Positions 53,969 through 63,305 of a stretch of 64,000 bases of DNA are shown in pieces. The first letter of the stretch is position 1. Each line of letters opens with the position of its first letter. This stretch comes from a virus (lineage: Duplodnaviria > Caudoviricetes), in the IMG/VR virus record IMGVR_UViG_3300028833_000053. One strand, given 5' to 3'. A program made the position numbers and the translations under genes. The notes beneath the pieces are model-generated. The model saw only the letters and a program-made list of their open reading frames with translations. It was not told the DNA's origin and searched no databases.

Positions 53969-56314
53969 TCAATATCTGCTGAACACGTAACCATCTTCCT
54001 CGAAGTAGTCGTTTATGAAAAGATCGCGTCCAAAAGACTCATAGTCAAAGTAGTTTCTCGCCGTGTCGGGACCCAACTGGTCAACGCCACCAAGACTGTC
54101 AACGTAATCTTCCGCAACTTGCCTGTCGGACTCGTACTCTCCCTGGTCATAGCCATCGTTGTCGTAGTAGTGGTCTGGGTCTTCAGGCTCGCCCTCGGAG
54201 TCCGTGTTGTCGGGGTCTCCGATGTGGAAATCATACATCAAGTCACGTCCAAAGGAATCGTAGTCAAAGTACATGTCAAGGTTCTCCTGACCAAGACTGT
54301 CCCAACCCATGCTGTCAACAATGTGGTAGGCGAAATCCTCTGCGGAGTTAAACTGTCCCTGATACGCATCGTGGAAATCGTCAATGCTGTCATTGTCAGT
54401 GTAGCTGACATAGGCGGCATAGGCATCCTTCTCCGAATCGTCCATCATGTAGTATTCGTTGATTTTGTCAAACTCCTCCTCGGTTGGCAAGCCACCTTCG
54501 TGATACCACTTCTCGGGGAAGTTCTCATAGTCCTGAACCATGAACTCTGGGTCTTTCTCGTCGGAATGAAGTTCACGGCAAGCATCCACGAATTCCTCGT
54601 AGGTGTTGTAGTCGGAAAGGGTTATCCACTTTCCGTCAATGGAACCGTTGTTGTACTTGGCGTATGTTCCAACGTAGATTTTGGGTTCTCCCAAGTCAAC
54701 GTCACCATCGGCTTCCTTCACGACCTTCTTGTTTGACTCGCCATAGCAGTCCAACGCCTGATAAACCTTGTCAAGCTGGCGTTGCATCCAAATCTTGTCG
54801 ATGCGGTCGCCGCTCTTTCCATATTGGACGCAAGCATCACCATAGTCGTTGATGATGTTCTTGACGTCCGCCGTTCCTTCCTTCACAATCTTCTTCATCG
54901 TGTTCTTCCTCGTAGATTCATTCAATTTGTTAAACTCCGCATAGAACTTGCCCAACCTGTTGCGCCACTTGATAGCCACCTTGTCGTCAGTCATTGATGT
55001 TGCTCCGGCGCGAACGAGAGAATACAACGTGTCAAGATCCTTCTTGCCATTGATTTCAAGTTCCCAGTTCTTGTCGGAGGAATCATAGAACTCCTCCAAC
55101 TTGTCAACCCACTTTTGGGCATCGTCAAACTTCAAGCTGGCAAGGTGAATCAAACCATAAAGCTCGTCAAGTTCCTTGCGGCTCCTGATTTCCAGATTCC
55201 ACTTCATTCCCTTCTCAAGCTCTTCCCAGTTCGTGGATTCCTCCATTCTTCCATTGTAGGTTGAAACCCAATTCTCGAAATCATCCAGCAACTTGCCAAT
55301 CAAAAGCTCTTCGTCCCTGCTGCAGGTCTTGTTCTTCCAATCATGCTCGATGTCAAACAAACGGTCGCGCAATTCCCTCAACTCAAGGTCGCCCTGTTTC
55401 TCTGAAACGCCATGATGCTTGACATCGCGGATTACCCTCTTCTTGGCGGCTTCAATAGCCCTCTTGAACTTCTGAAGTTCGGACGTCTCCTTCACAACTT
55501 TCTTCATATTGGTTTTCCTCGTGGATTCCTTTAGTCCGGCAAAAAGGGATTCTATCTTTTCCAGTTCATCCGGTGTTGCATCCAACCTTCCATATTCCAT
55601 GTCAACGATGATTCCGGTCTCGCATTCACCCTTCGTCTTGTACCTGTTTCCTGGTATGTACTTTCCGGTTTCGTTGTCAAAACCCACCCACCAGCTCTTT
55701 CCGTCCAATGCGGTTCTCTGCTTTGCTGAATACCTTTTGGTTATGTCCTTCAAGGGCAACATTGACTCGTTCACAATATCTTCTTCTTCTTCCAAAGACA
55801 AAAGTTCGGGCGCCGTTTGCCTGAGATATTCCCTGTCCTCGTCTGTGAACGACCCCATGCTGGAAAGATAATCCTGAACGGCCCAAACCTTGTCCTCGGA
55901 TTCATCCCATGACGGGTTCACTCCACTTGGCTTGAACTCCTTTTCCTTTTCAGCCAAAAACGTTTCCAAGTTGCCAATGGATTCCTGCACATATCTTGGG
56001 CCGTCATCGTCAATGACGTGGTCTTCCTCTTCATGATAGCCAACGTCCTTGAATTTCCTTGCGTCAATCGCAGCAAGGAACTCAGGAATTTGATCCTTTG
56101 ACATGAAATCCTCATCGTACAGCTCATATTCCTTGAGTTCATAGTTCACCCTTCCGATTGGCGCACCTCTGTAGTAGATTTCATATCCATGGTCATAGCC
56201 ACCAAGAGCCATTTCCCAGTTTCCGCATCGGCCACGCTCGCCGTTGTCGTCAATCTTATCCATTACCTTCGCAAGGGCGGAGAAATTAAGTTTGGATTCA
56301 TTCATCTTTTTCAT
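53969..56314 (-). CDS. multi-module polyprotein with C-terminal ArdA anti-restriction domain
   Basis: C-terminal ~240 aa: PKIYVGTYAKYNNGSIDGKWITL...DPEFMVQDYENFP...YFDYESFGRDL...DGYVF matches ArdA; repeated xxES linkers. Confidence 0.85.
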   Translation of the reverse strand: MKKMNESKLNFSALAKVMDKIDDNGERGRCGNWEMALGGYDHGYEIYYRGAPIGRVNYELKEYELYDEDFMSKDQIPEFLAAIDARKFKDVGYHEEEDHVIDDDGPRYVQESIGNLETFLAEKEKEFKPSGVNPSWDESEDKVWAVQDYLSSMGSFTDEDREYLRQTAPELLSLEEEEDIVNESMLPLKDITKRYSAKQRTALDGKSWWVGFDNETGKYIPGNRYKTKGECETGIIVDMEYGRLDATPDELEKIESLFAGLKESTRKTNMKKVVKETSELQKFKRAIEAAKKRVIRDVKHHGVSEKQGDLELRELRDRLFDIEHDWKNKTCSRDEELLIGKLLDDFENWVSTYNGRMEESTNWEELEKGMKWNLEIRSRKELDELYGLIHLASLKFDDAQKWVDKLEEFYDSSDKNWELEINGKKDLDTLYSLVRAGATSMTDDKVAIKWRNRLGKFYAEFNKLNESTRKNTMKKIVKEGTADVKNIINDYGDACVQYGKSGDRIDKIWMQRQLDKVYQALDCYGESNKKVVKEADGDVDLGEPKIYVGTYAKYNNGSIDGKWITLSDYNTYEEFVDACRELHSDEKDPEFMVQDYENFPEKWYHEGGLPTEEEFDKINEYYMMDDSEKDAYAAYVSYTDNDSIDDFHDAYQGQFNSAEDFAYHIVDSMGWDSLGQENLDMYFDYDSFGRDLMYDFHIGDPDNTDSEGEPEDPDHYYDNDGYDQGEYESDRQVAEDYVDSLGGVDQLGPDTARNYFDYESFGRDLFINDYFEEDGYVFSRY

Positions 56315-56679
56315 TTTTCACTGTCCTCTGGAGACCACAAATGCAAATCGTCACCGTCTCTGCCATTGATGAAACAATAGATGTTGCCATCATCCTGGAA
56401 ACCATACCCGCTATTGGGCAATGGACCGAATCTATTGTAATCCAGCTTGTCCATTTCACGAATGTCCGGAAATTCCACCCACAATTCCTCCATACGGAAC
56501 ATCATATCCTCTTCTTCAAGCTCCTCAGCGTCCTTTCCAATCAAGTCCCTTATCCTTGACGTGAATTCCTCAACGCTTTGCTTGTCCCTTGCGTAGAATA
56601 TGCCGTATGAACCAGTGGCGATGTCGCGGTAAAGCATCGCATACATCGTCTCTTTCTCGGAATCTTTATACTGTTTCAT
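56311..56679 (-). CDS. hypothetical acidic protein
   Basis: late motif at 56715; overlaps polyprotein start (ATGA). Confidence 0.6.
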   Translation of the reverse strand: MKQYKDSEKETMYAMLYRDIATGSYGIFYARDKQSVEEFTSRIRDLIGKDAEELEEEDMMFRMEELWVEFPDIREMDKLDYNRFGPLPNSGYGFQDDGNIYCFINGRDGDDLHLWSPEDSEK

Positions 56680-56730
56680 CTGCAAATATCTTTCTCTTTA
56701 CATTGGTCAAAGAATATTTACAATAAAACA

Positions 56731-57180
56731 TCATTTTTCCTTCAACTGGTCTTGTTCCATGTTCGTGAGCATGGTGTTCACAAACCTGCCATAGTCAAGA
56801 TAGCGTATCCTTGTACCGGCCTTTATCTGGTCAAATATGTTTTGGTCGCGCACCCCATTCAACTTCATTAGAAACCACGCCAACCTTGTAGAGCCATACA
56901 CCTTCCAGGAAATGGACGGCCAGTGCATGTCGGTGGGGCAAATGTACCATTGGCAAACAGAATCAGGAATGTCAATCAAGTAGAAAGTTGAATTCAAGTT
57001 GTACTGCCATCTTCCCTCTTCGTCAATGAAGAACGAAAACATCTTGTCAAGGTCAAAGAAGTCAGGCGCAGCATCCTTGTTGCTGTGAACATATTGGCGT
57101 ATATCATCCGTGTATACGCCATCCATGCTATAGGGCTTCCCAACAACCCTTGTGCCTTTTCTGCCTCTTTTGTCTGCCAT
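56731..57180 (-). CDS. baseplate wedge protein (gp53-like, LysM-like)
   Basis: ISWKVYGSTRLAWFLMKLNGV...IKAGTRIRY; late motif at 57187. Confidence 0.7.
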   Translation of the reverse strand: MADKRGRKGTRVVGKPYSMDGVYTDDIRQYVHSNKDAAPDFFDLDKMFSFFIDEEGRWQYNLNSTFYLIDIPDSVCQWYICPTDMHWPSISWKVYGSTRLAWFLMKLNGVRDQNIFDQIKAGTRIRYLDYGRFVNTMLTNMEQDQLKEK

Positions 57181-57185
57181 ATTAT

Positions 57186-57986
57186 TTATTTACTCCCTTT
57201 ATAGTTTTTATGATTCTTATGGTTTTTATGCCAAGACTCCTTCATCTTTCGTTTGGTTTCTTCTGATAAATGTTTACCGTACATTGGATTGTTTTGTCCT
57301 TTCCTTTCATTAGACAACTTTAATTTTGCTTCATCCGATAAATGTTTTCCCTTACTCCAAGTATTCTTTCCTTTAAGTCTCTAGGATATTTTTATTTTTG
57401 ACTCTTCTGAATGGTGTTTTCCACCAAATCCAGGTTTTCTCCCCTTTAATGATTTTGCACGTTTCTATATTGTTTCTGGTGAAGGATGTGAAAATTGATA
57501 TGGTAATGGTCTCCCTATATTAGCCTATCTTATTTTCTCTATGTGTTCCTATGATAATTTTCTCCCTTTATGAGACATGGACAATTTTTTGCGATGTTCT
57601 TCTGAAAATTTTTTACCTTTATGTGCCAATGATAATTTCAATTTGGTTTCATCAGACAAATGTTTTCCTTTATTTAATTCTGAAACTTTCATTCTGACAA
57701 ATTCATAAAGTCTTGAATTGAATCTGAATCCTCTATATTGATTTTTATTACTGGTTCTCATCATAGTTATTGCCGTCCACATTCCTTGCGTATTATAAAT
57801 CTTGGCTAATAATAAATGACAAATATAATGTTCTCTAGCAGTTAGAAAAACCAAATTAGAAGACTCATTAGAACCTCCTTCTGATTTTGGTATTATATGA
57901 TGACTTTCGCAATAACAATCATCACGATTAATTGGATTCTTCCGACGCTTTTCAATAAGCGCATTGTAAACCTTTAAGTAGTTCAT
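57186..57986 (-). mobile_element. free-standing HNH homing endonuclease with NUMOD3 repeats, 266 aa (4 TAG)
   Basis: ESHHIIPKSEGGSNESSNLVFLTAREHYICHLLL; repeated KGKHLSxExK.K.S; strongly AT-rich. Confidence 0.85.
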
Positions 57987-58050
57987 AATTATTTTTACCT
58001 TTATTATTGTGACATGTGCGTGTCACATAAGTATTTACCAAAATTACAAT

Positions 58051-58088
58051 AAAAAGACTCAGGCGCACACCTGAGTCTTTTGTTTTTA
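58051..58088. terminator. terminator after nrdG
   Basis: aaagactcagg-cgcaca-cctgagtcttt. Confidence 0.7.
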
Positions 58089-58092
58089 TAAA

Positions 58093-58602
58093 TCAAACTT
58101 GATATTCAACAATGCTCTTACGAGTCATTGTTTTTTTGACATCAATTATACGTTGATTGCGAGAACCCTTAAATGTACATGATAAATCTCGTTCTTCAAT
58201 CCTGAATTCACCATCCACAAGAACGTCGATGTATTGCAAGATGTCCCTCATATAAGGGTCTTCCGCAATTTCCTCGAACTTGTAGCCCGACCAAACCCAG
58301 ATATCCTTCTCCGGGATCCTTTCCTTGCACTCCTTGCAGAGCTTTATTATCTCCTTGCGGTTGTCGGAACACCTTGACAACGGTTCTCCGCCCATCAAGC
58401 TCAAACCATCGCATGTTGGTTCCGCCAGTTCCTTGAATATCTTTTCCTTCGCTTCCTTGTCAAATTTCTGCCCAAATGCGGGATCTTGAGCCTCCTCGTT
58501 GAAACAACCTGGGCATTTGCGCTGACATCCGGTCACCCACAAGGTCAACCTGAATCCCGGACCGTTGGCAATGTCAGCCTTCAACAATTTTGTGTAGTTC
58601 AT
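58093..58602 (-). CDS. nrdG: anaerobic RNR activating radical-SAM protein
   Basis: DIANGPGFRLTLWVTGCQRKCPGCFN, GGEP, DVLVDG, GSRNQR. Confidence 0.93.
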   Translation of the reverse strand: MNYTKLLKADIANGPGFRLTLWVTGCQRKCPGCFNEEAQDPAFGQKFDKEAKEKIFKELAEPTCDGLSLMGGEPLSRCSDNRKEIIKLCKECKERIPEKDIWVWSGYKFEEIAEDPYMRDILQYIDVLVDGEFRIEERDLSCTFKGSRNQRIIDVKKTMTRKSIVEYQV

Positions 58603-58697
58603 GAATAAACCTCGAAATCTTTATCTTGCCAAGTTATATTTACATTGTCGTGTTGACGCACTCCAACGCAAATCTTCCACCAGTTCAATTATAGTTG

Positions 58698-59096
58698 TCA
58701 ACAAGCCATCTACCCCAAATTTCGCTTCACTTTTCTCCAATATGCCCTTGTTGAGGTTTTTCGGTGACCCCTGGGGCCGCCATTCCAAATCCTTGCATAT
58801 TTCTCATCTGTCGCGTTCCTTCCCCCATACATAAGAAGGTATTTCCTGCAAATTTCCCTTGACTTATCAATGGATTTCCGGTCGGCGTATGTGTAGGACG
58901 TGCCATATCTCCTGTTCACGTCATCCACAACTTCCTTGTGTATTTGAAGGACTCCAACGGCTCTTCCGTTGTCCCCAACCACATGATTCTCCCCCTTTGA
59001 TTCAACGTGAACCAAGGCATCAATCAACTTGTCGGACGGCGCGGCGAACGCGAAATTCGCCAAAGCCAGCATGAGTATGGTCAAAATGAATTTCAT
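58698..59096 (-). CDS. secreted lysozyme-like / lytic transglycosylase (endolysin candidate; TAG 4 codons before TGA)
   Basis: signal peptide MKFILTILMLALANFAFA; LVHVES.G...GD.G.AVGVLQIH...ARIWNGGP; late motif at 59104. Confidence 0.75.
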
Positions 59097-59114
59097 GGCA
59101 TTGTATTTACTCAT

Positions 59115-59480
59115 TTAGGGTTTTCTCAGACCAACACCTTCCAAAATTTTAGCCGGCCAACATTCTTCCTTGCGGCAAAGCCAAATGACAAGCGTTTCCA
59201 TCGTCCGATACTTGTCGGTGTCAAAGTCAACGTCAAAAATTCTCCAATCGTACAATTCGCATTTCTCGAAAATGTGTCCTATGGCACGTTCCTTGTTCTC
59301 ATTTCCATTGAACGTGTACGATCCCAATCCAGGTGCTTCCACCCAAATGTCGGAACCTTCGGGCATGTCCCAGTCATTTATGAATTCAATCACCTTCATC
59401 ACGTTCCACCAATCCTCATCCCCCTTGGGCTCGTTTTCCTTGATGAAGTTGAGTATGTCAATGTCTTTTTTGCCTGCCAT
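59115..59480 (-). CDS. hypothetical protein, paralog family A
   Basis: IFEKCELYDW...VIWL. Confidence 0.6.
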   Translation of the reverse strand: MAGKKDIDILNFIKENEPKGDEDWWNVMKVIEFINDWDMPEGSDIWVEAPGLGSYTFNGNENKERAIGHIFEKCELYDWRIFDVDFDTDKYRTMETLVIWLCRKEECWPAKILEGVGLRKP

Positions 59481-59829
59481 AAGGATCCTCCCCATCCGAA
59501 AGCCACATCGTGCAGTTGTCTTTTTGAACGACGCCGCCAACGCGCTTTCCATCAACGTATTGTATGGCGTTCACAATCCAACCATACAGCTCCAACTTCT
59601 CAAACAACGCGGCGGCCACCTCGTCGGCGTCCATCCACCGGATAGTCACCCACTTCTTTCTGTCGGTTCGCCAGAAGTTCAACGTGAACCTGATGTCGCC
59701 CTCTGAGCAGTCCTTGCACAACTCCACAAAACGGTCAAAGTCAAAGTCAATGCCCTTGTCCCGGATGAAGAACCCGTCCTTTGGAGCATAGCCCTGTATG
59801 AACTCCCTTAACTTGCTCAAATCGTTCAT
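59458..59829 (-). CDS. hypothetical protein, paralog family A
   Basis: KLREFI...LFEKLELYGW...TMWL. Confidence 0.6.
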   Translation of the reverse strand: MNDLSKLREFIQGYAPKDGFFIRDKGIDFDFDRFVELCKDCSEGDIRFTLNFWRTDRKKWVTIRWMDADEVAAALFEKLELYGWIVNAIQYVDGKRVGGVVQKDNCTMWLSDGEDPYGRQKRH

Positions 59830-60176
59830 GCCCGCTCCTTGCTGTCATCCGGCGGCGCCAACCACATATAGCATACATCCTTGCCACCATGCGTATATCC
59901 AATTTCCTTTACCTCCCATCCAAACAGTTCAACCTTGTCAAAGAGGTATGGCACAACTTCTTCGGCGTTGAGATATGGCGCAACCCATTTGTCCTTGTCA
60001 TCACGATGTACGTTGAACCTGTATATCTTGAAGTAAACCCTGTTCCTTGGACAGTCCTTGACAAGGTTGATGAACTTTACAAGCGGGAACTTTCCACGCA
60101 AAATGGGCTTGGTGTAGCTCCTGGGATTTTCCAGTATGAACTCGCGCAACTTGAATATGGAGACTATCCCTTCCAT
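59826..60176 (-). CDS. hypothetical protein, paralog family A
   Basis: KLREFI...LFDKVELFGW...YMWL. Confidence 0.6.
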   Translation of the reverse strand: MEGIVSIFKLREFILENPRSYTKPILRGKFPLVKFINLVKDCPRNRVYFKIYRFNVHRDDKDKWVAPYLNAEEVVPYLFDKVELFGWEVKEIGYTHGGKDVCYMWLAPPDDSKERA

Positions 60177-60505
60177 CAGTCCTCCTTCACCACCAGATAG
60201 ATTGCATAAGTCCACCAACCATTGCACGGACCGAATTGGGCAACATCTTCAACTTCCCAGCACTTCTCGCCGCACTTCTCAAAGAGAAACGTCAAAATGG
60301 TGTCCCATGTGAAAGTCTTGAAATATGTCTTCGTCAAAGACCTTTTCTTGGTGCAGACGGAAACAAAGAAATGGACATCGCGCTTTCCGTTCCCCGAGAT
60401 TATGTCGGCAAGTTTCTGAAGGAACTCCCCGGTTGTCCTGTCCTTCCAAACCCAGAACAACTCGCCAAGTTCGGGAATGTAGTCTTTTGAATGGGGTCCG
60501 TACAT
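60176..60505 (-). CDS. hypothetical protein, paralog family A (divergent)
   Basis: LFEKCGEKCWEV...AIYL. Confidence 0.55.
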   Translation of the reverse strand: MYGPHSKDYIPELGELFWVWKDRTTGEFLQKLADIISGNGKRDVHFFVSVCTKKRSLTKTYFKTFTWDTILTFLFEKCGEKCWEVEDVAQFGPCNGWWTYAIYLVVKED

Positions 60506-60509
60506 TGTT

Positions 60510-60980
60510 TCACCTCTGGGCGGATGCCAAATAGTCAATCAAGTCAGCGTCAATGTTGGTCTTTCCATCACCATCGCCGCAGAACAGAATCATAATGATG
60601 CCATGCGAGCCGTCCATGCTCTTGACGAGCTTCATTTCCACGATTTCGTGCGCAAGGGACAGTCCCATCATCCGTGAAATGAATCCATCTTTCGTTGCGC
60701 AGTACTCTATGCGCTGGTTGGCGGTTGTCCAGTTGGTGCAGTTCTGGTTGAAATCCCAAATAGCCATTTGGGGCGGAAACTTGTCCCCAATCTCCCACAA
60801 ATCCCAGGAGACTTTGCTGCAACCCCTAACCATGTCAAGAATCCTCCTCATCTTGACCTTCAACTTGGAATCCAGAACAATCTCCACATAGGGTTTGAAG
60901 TTGATGTAGTCTGGTATGATTACGGCGCTTGTCTTTGCGGGTTTGAACCACCTCTTGACGCGGTCAATGAACGATTTCAT
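60510..60980 (-). CDS. hypothetical protein, paralog family B
   Basis: C-terminal DGDGKTNIDADLID. Confidence 0.55.
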   Translation of the reverse strand: MKSFIDRVKRWFKPAKTSAVIIPDYINFKPYVEIVLDSKLKVKMRRILDMVRGCSKVSWDLWEIGDKFPPQMAIWDFNQNCTNWTTANQRIEYCATKDGFISRMMGLSLAHEIVEMKLVKSMDGSHGIIMILFCGDGDGKTNIDADLIDYLASAQR

Positions 60981-60997
60981 TTCACTTTCTCCTTTCC

Positions 60998-61324
60998 TCA
61001 CCATTTCCATTCAAGTTTGTTGAACGCATCCACAACGGACTCGTCAATGTTGGTTTCGCCATCCTCGGAATCCTCAACCCAAACCGCCAAATGGCAATAC
61101 TGTCCCGAAACCCACGAAATGATATCCATTCCACGTATCACCTTTGACATTGACATTTCAAGCAACGCGCCTGGAAGGTTCTCCGCCTCCGCCTTGGAAT
61201 GGAAGCCAAACTTGTTGTCGCCAACGTTCTTGAAGCCATATATCCCAACATAGCTGACGGGAAGGTTTCCCTTGCTCTTAAGACACGCTCCCAATTCCCA
61301 AATTATCTCTTTACTGCACTTCAT
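60998..61324 (-). CDS. hypothetical protein, paralog family B
   Basis: C-terminal SEDGETNIDESVVD. Confidence 0.55.
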   Translation of the reverse strand: MKCSKEIIWELGACLKSKGNLPVSYVGIYGFKNVGDNKFGFHSKAEAENLPGALLEMSMSKVIRGMDIISWVSGQYCHLAVWVEDSEDGETNIDESVVDAFNKLEWKW

Positions 61325-61326
61325 TG

Positions 61327-61605
61327 TCAAACTCCCTTCTTCACAAGAACCCTTGCGTGGAACTTGCCCCAGAAGCCATCGTTGACATCCTGGCAAGCGT
61401 ACATGTTGTCCGGCAGGACATCCACAACAACAAGGTTGCGCGGAACTGCGATATGGGGATAATACACCTTGTCCCCGACTTTGAACTTCCTATAGACGAA
61501 TCTTTTGTTGAAAATCCCGACCCTCTTCACGGAAATGCCATAAGGTTCGTTTCTAAATGGGTCAAGCAGACCCTTGAACCAGTCAACAATGGTTTTCATT
61601 TTCAT
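61327..61605 (-). CDS. hypothetical protein
   Basis: AAGGAG RBS; SH3-like KFKVGDKV. Confidence 0.5.
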   Translation of the reverse strand: MKMKTIVDWFKGLLDPFRNEPYGISVKRVGIFNKRFVYRKFKVGDKVYYPHIAVPRNLVVVDVLPDNMYACQDVNDGFWGKFHARVLVKKGV

Positions 61606-61623
61606 TGTCTCCTTCTGCACATT

Positions 61624-61827
61624 TCACTTGTTTGCGCAAATCGGCTCCCAATGCGTGACAACCATCGTGTCGGGCCACTTCCGCGCCAATCCGTACATTC
61701 GCATCTTCGCCTCGTCTTCGGCGGCATCCCTGTCAGTTCCCTTCACCCAAACCTTGTTAATCTGGAAGTCCTTGCCATCCTTGACAAGTTTGATGACGAA
61801 ACTGAATCCTATGACGTTCTCAACCAT
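61624..61827 (-). CDS. hypothetical protein
   Basis: AAGGAG RBS, 67 aa. Confidence 0.5.
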   Translation of the reverse strand: MVENVIGFSFVIKLVKDGKDFQINKVWVKGTDRDAAEDEAKMRMYGLARKWPDTMVVTHWEPICANK

Positions 61828-61846
61828 TTTGGGACACTCCTTTCAA

Positions 61847-62194
61847 TCACGCAACCTTGTTCGCCTTGACGTAGGCGGCTTCCAGCTTCTCCCATGAGAA
61901 GTATTCCATCTTGGCAAGCTGGCCCGCGTACTTGCCAAGTTTCGCGTACACCCACTTCATCTGCTTCTCGGAGAGCCAACCGTGTGTCTTGTACCACTCG
62001 GCGAACTTCGTGAGCAGGCAGGCATCACCAACCGTGAACCCAATGCCATTGGCGGCATAGGTGTCCTTGGAATTCTGCTCCCCCTTGGTCTGGTTGTCGT
62101 AGATGCGGAGAAGGGCGGCCTTCGCCCAAACGGGATTGTGGACGAGGTTCCAACGCAGGAACTCCATCAGGGCGGCTTTCGTAATCTTCTTCAT
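61847..62194 (-). CDS. conserved jumbo-phage early protein
   Basis: AALLRIYDNQT..EQ....T...NGIGFT..DA..LT.FA...LSEKQ; first gene after early promoter. Confidence 0.6.
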   Translation of the reverse strand: MKKITKAALMEFLRWNLVHNPVWAKAALLRIYDNQTKGEQNSKDTYAANGIGFTVGDACLLTKFAEWYKTHGWLSEKQMKWVYAKLGKYAGQLAKMEYFSWEKLEAAYVKANKVA

Positions 62195-62249
62195 ATCATC
62201 TACTCCTTGCAGGGAACTCGTGGGCATCCCTTTCTCCCTCAGAACACTT

Positions 62250-62282
62250 ACAGTATAACAAATTGGGGTTGGAAAGTCAAGG
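62250..62282 (-). promoter_or_regulatory. sigma70-type early promoter
   Basis: TTGACT-17 bp-TATACT. Confidence 0.8.
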
Positions 62283-62373
62283 GGGTTCTGAAACTATTTT
62301 CAATTCAATTTAGCACAATATCCGCCCATTTTCAAGGAACAATTGTAAATATTATGTAAAAGAGGTTAAAAAC

Positions 62374-62772
62374 ATGATGAAATGGCTATTGAAACTTGGA
62401 CTGAAATTCGTGTCCTACCAAACTCTGGTCAACACCATTGCTTCTGCAATCGCGTACATACTTGAATACGCAAGGAAGGAGGCAACTCCTACTGCATGGG
62501 AAAACGCAAAGGAAGCAGTGAGGCAAATCAAGAACTGGGCATCTTTGCTTGATGAAGTGTATGAGGACGATACCCTCACCTCCGACGAAGAGAAGAAGAT
62601 CCAGAACGCAATTGCGGACTGCACCGCAACAACCACAATATACAACCTGTTGAAGGGCAAGAAATCTCCGAAAAAGGAAACCTGGTCAAAGACCGCTGAT
62701 CCAAAGACGGAAACCCCCAAGAATAAAAAGAACAGGAAAAGAACAACCAAGAAAACGGGAACCAAGAAATGA
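62374..62772 (+). CDS. late hypothetical protein with basic tail
   Basis: late motif at 62345, GAGG RBS. Confidence 0.6.
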   Translation: MMKWLLKLGLKFVSYQTLVNTIASAIAYILEYARKEATPTAWENAKEAVRQIKNWASLLDEVYEDDTLTSDEEKKIQNAIADCTATTTIYNLLKGKKSPKKETWSKTADPKTETPKNKKNRKRTTKKTGTKK

Positions 62773-63305
62773 AAAGGAAAATCAACGAATCATCCGAACA
62801 GGAAACCTTGAAGGAAATTGAACGCACATATGGAAAGAAAGTACGTGACGCTCTTGTGAAATACTGCACTGCGAAGAACTTGGACATCACCGATACGGTG
62901 TACGAGACAAAGACCGATGGAAACGGCCAAACCCCTTGGGACAAGTTTGACAACTGGGCCGAAAAGAAGTTGGGTCTTGACATAATGGGAGACTTTGACG
63001 ATGACTTCGATTACACTGGAGCGGACGCCAGGGCGAAGAGGGAAAGGGGATTGCAGGAAGTTCCCTTGGCATCCTTGGACAGCTTCGATGAGGGAAGCGG
63101 AAGCAACCCAATTGATGAATACTTCATCCGAAACTGGATTGCAGAGGAACTTGAGGAATGCGAATGGGTTGATCCTTCAGAAATCGAGTACTCCGGCGAG
63201 GAACCCTGGGTTGAAGTAACGGCGCAAAATGGTGTCGTGTACAGAATCCAGGTGACAAAGGAATTCGCGCCAAGGGAAGTGAACGCAGTGGACGATCTCA
63301 TATGA
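62769..63305 (+). CDS. putative internal head protein (MKRKINES tag)
   Basis: ATGA-coupled, acidic. Confidence 0.6.
   Translation: MKRKINESSEQETLKEIERTYGKKVRDALVKYCTAKNLDITDTVYETKTDGNGQTPWDKFDNWAEKKLGLDIMGDFDDDFDYTGADARAKRERGLQEVPLASLDSFDEGSGSNPIDEYFIRNWIAEELEECEWVDPSEIEYSGEEPWVEVTAQNGVVYRIQVTKEFAPREVNAVDDLI

Noticed and set aside
51207-58602. Intron or intein in nrdD, or HNH inside an intron
   Set aside because: nrdD is continuous with only a short insertion; the HNH lies between complete genes with its own promoter
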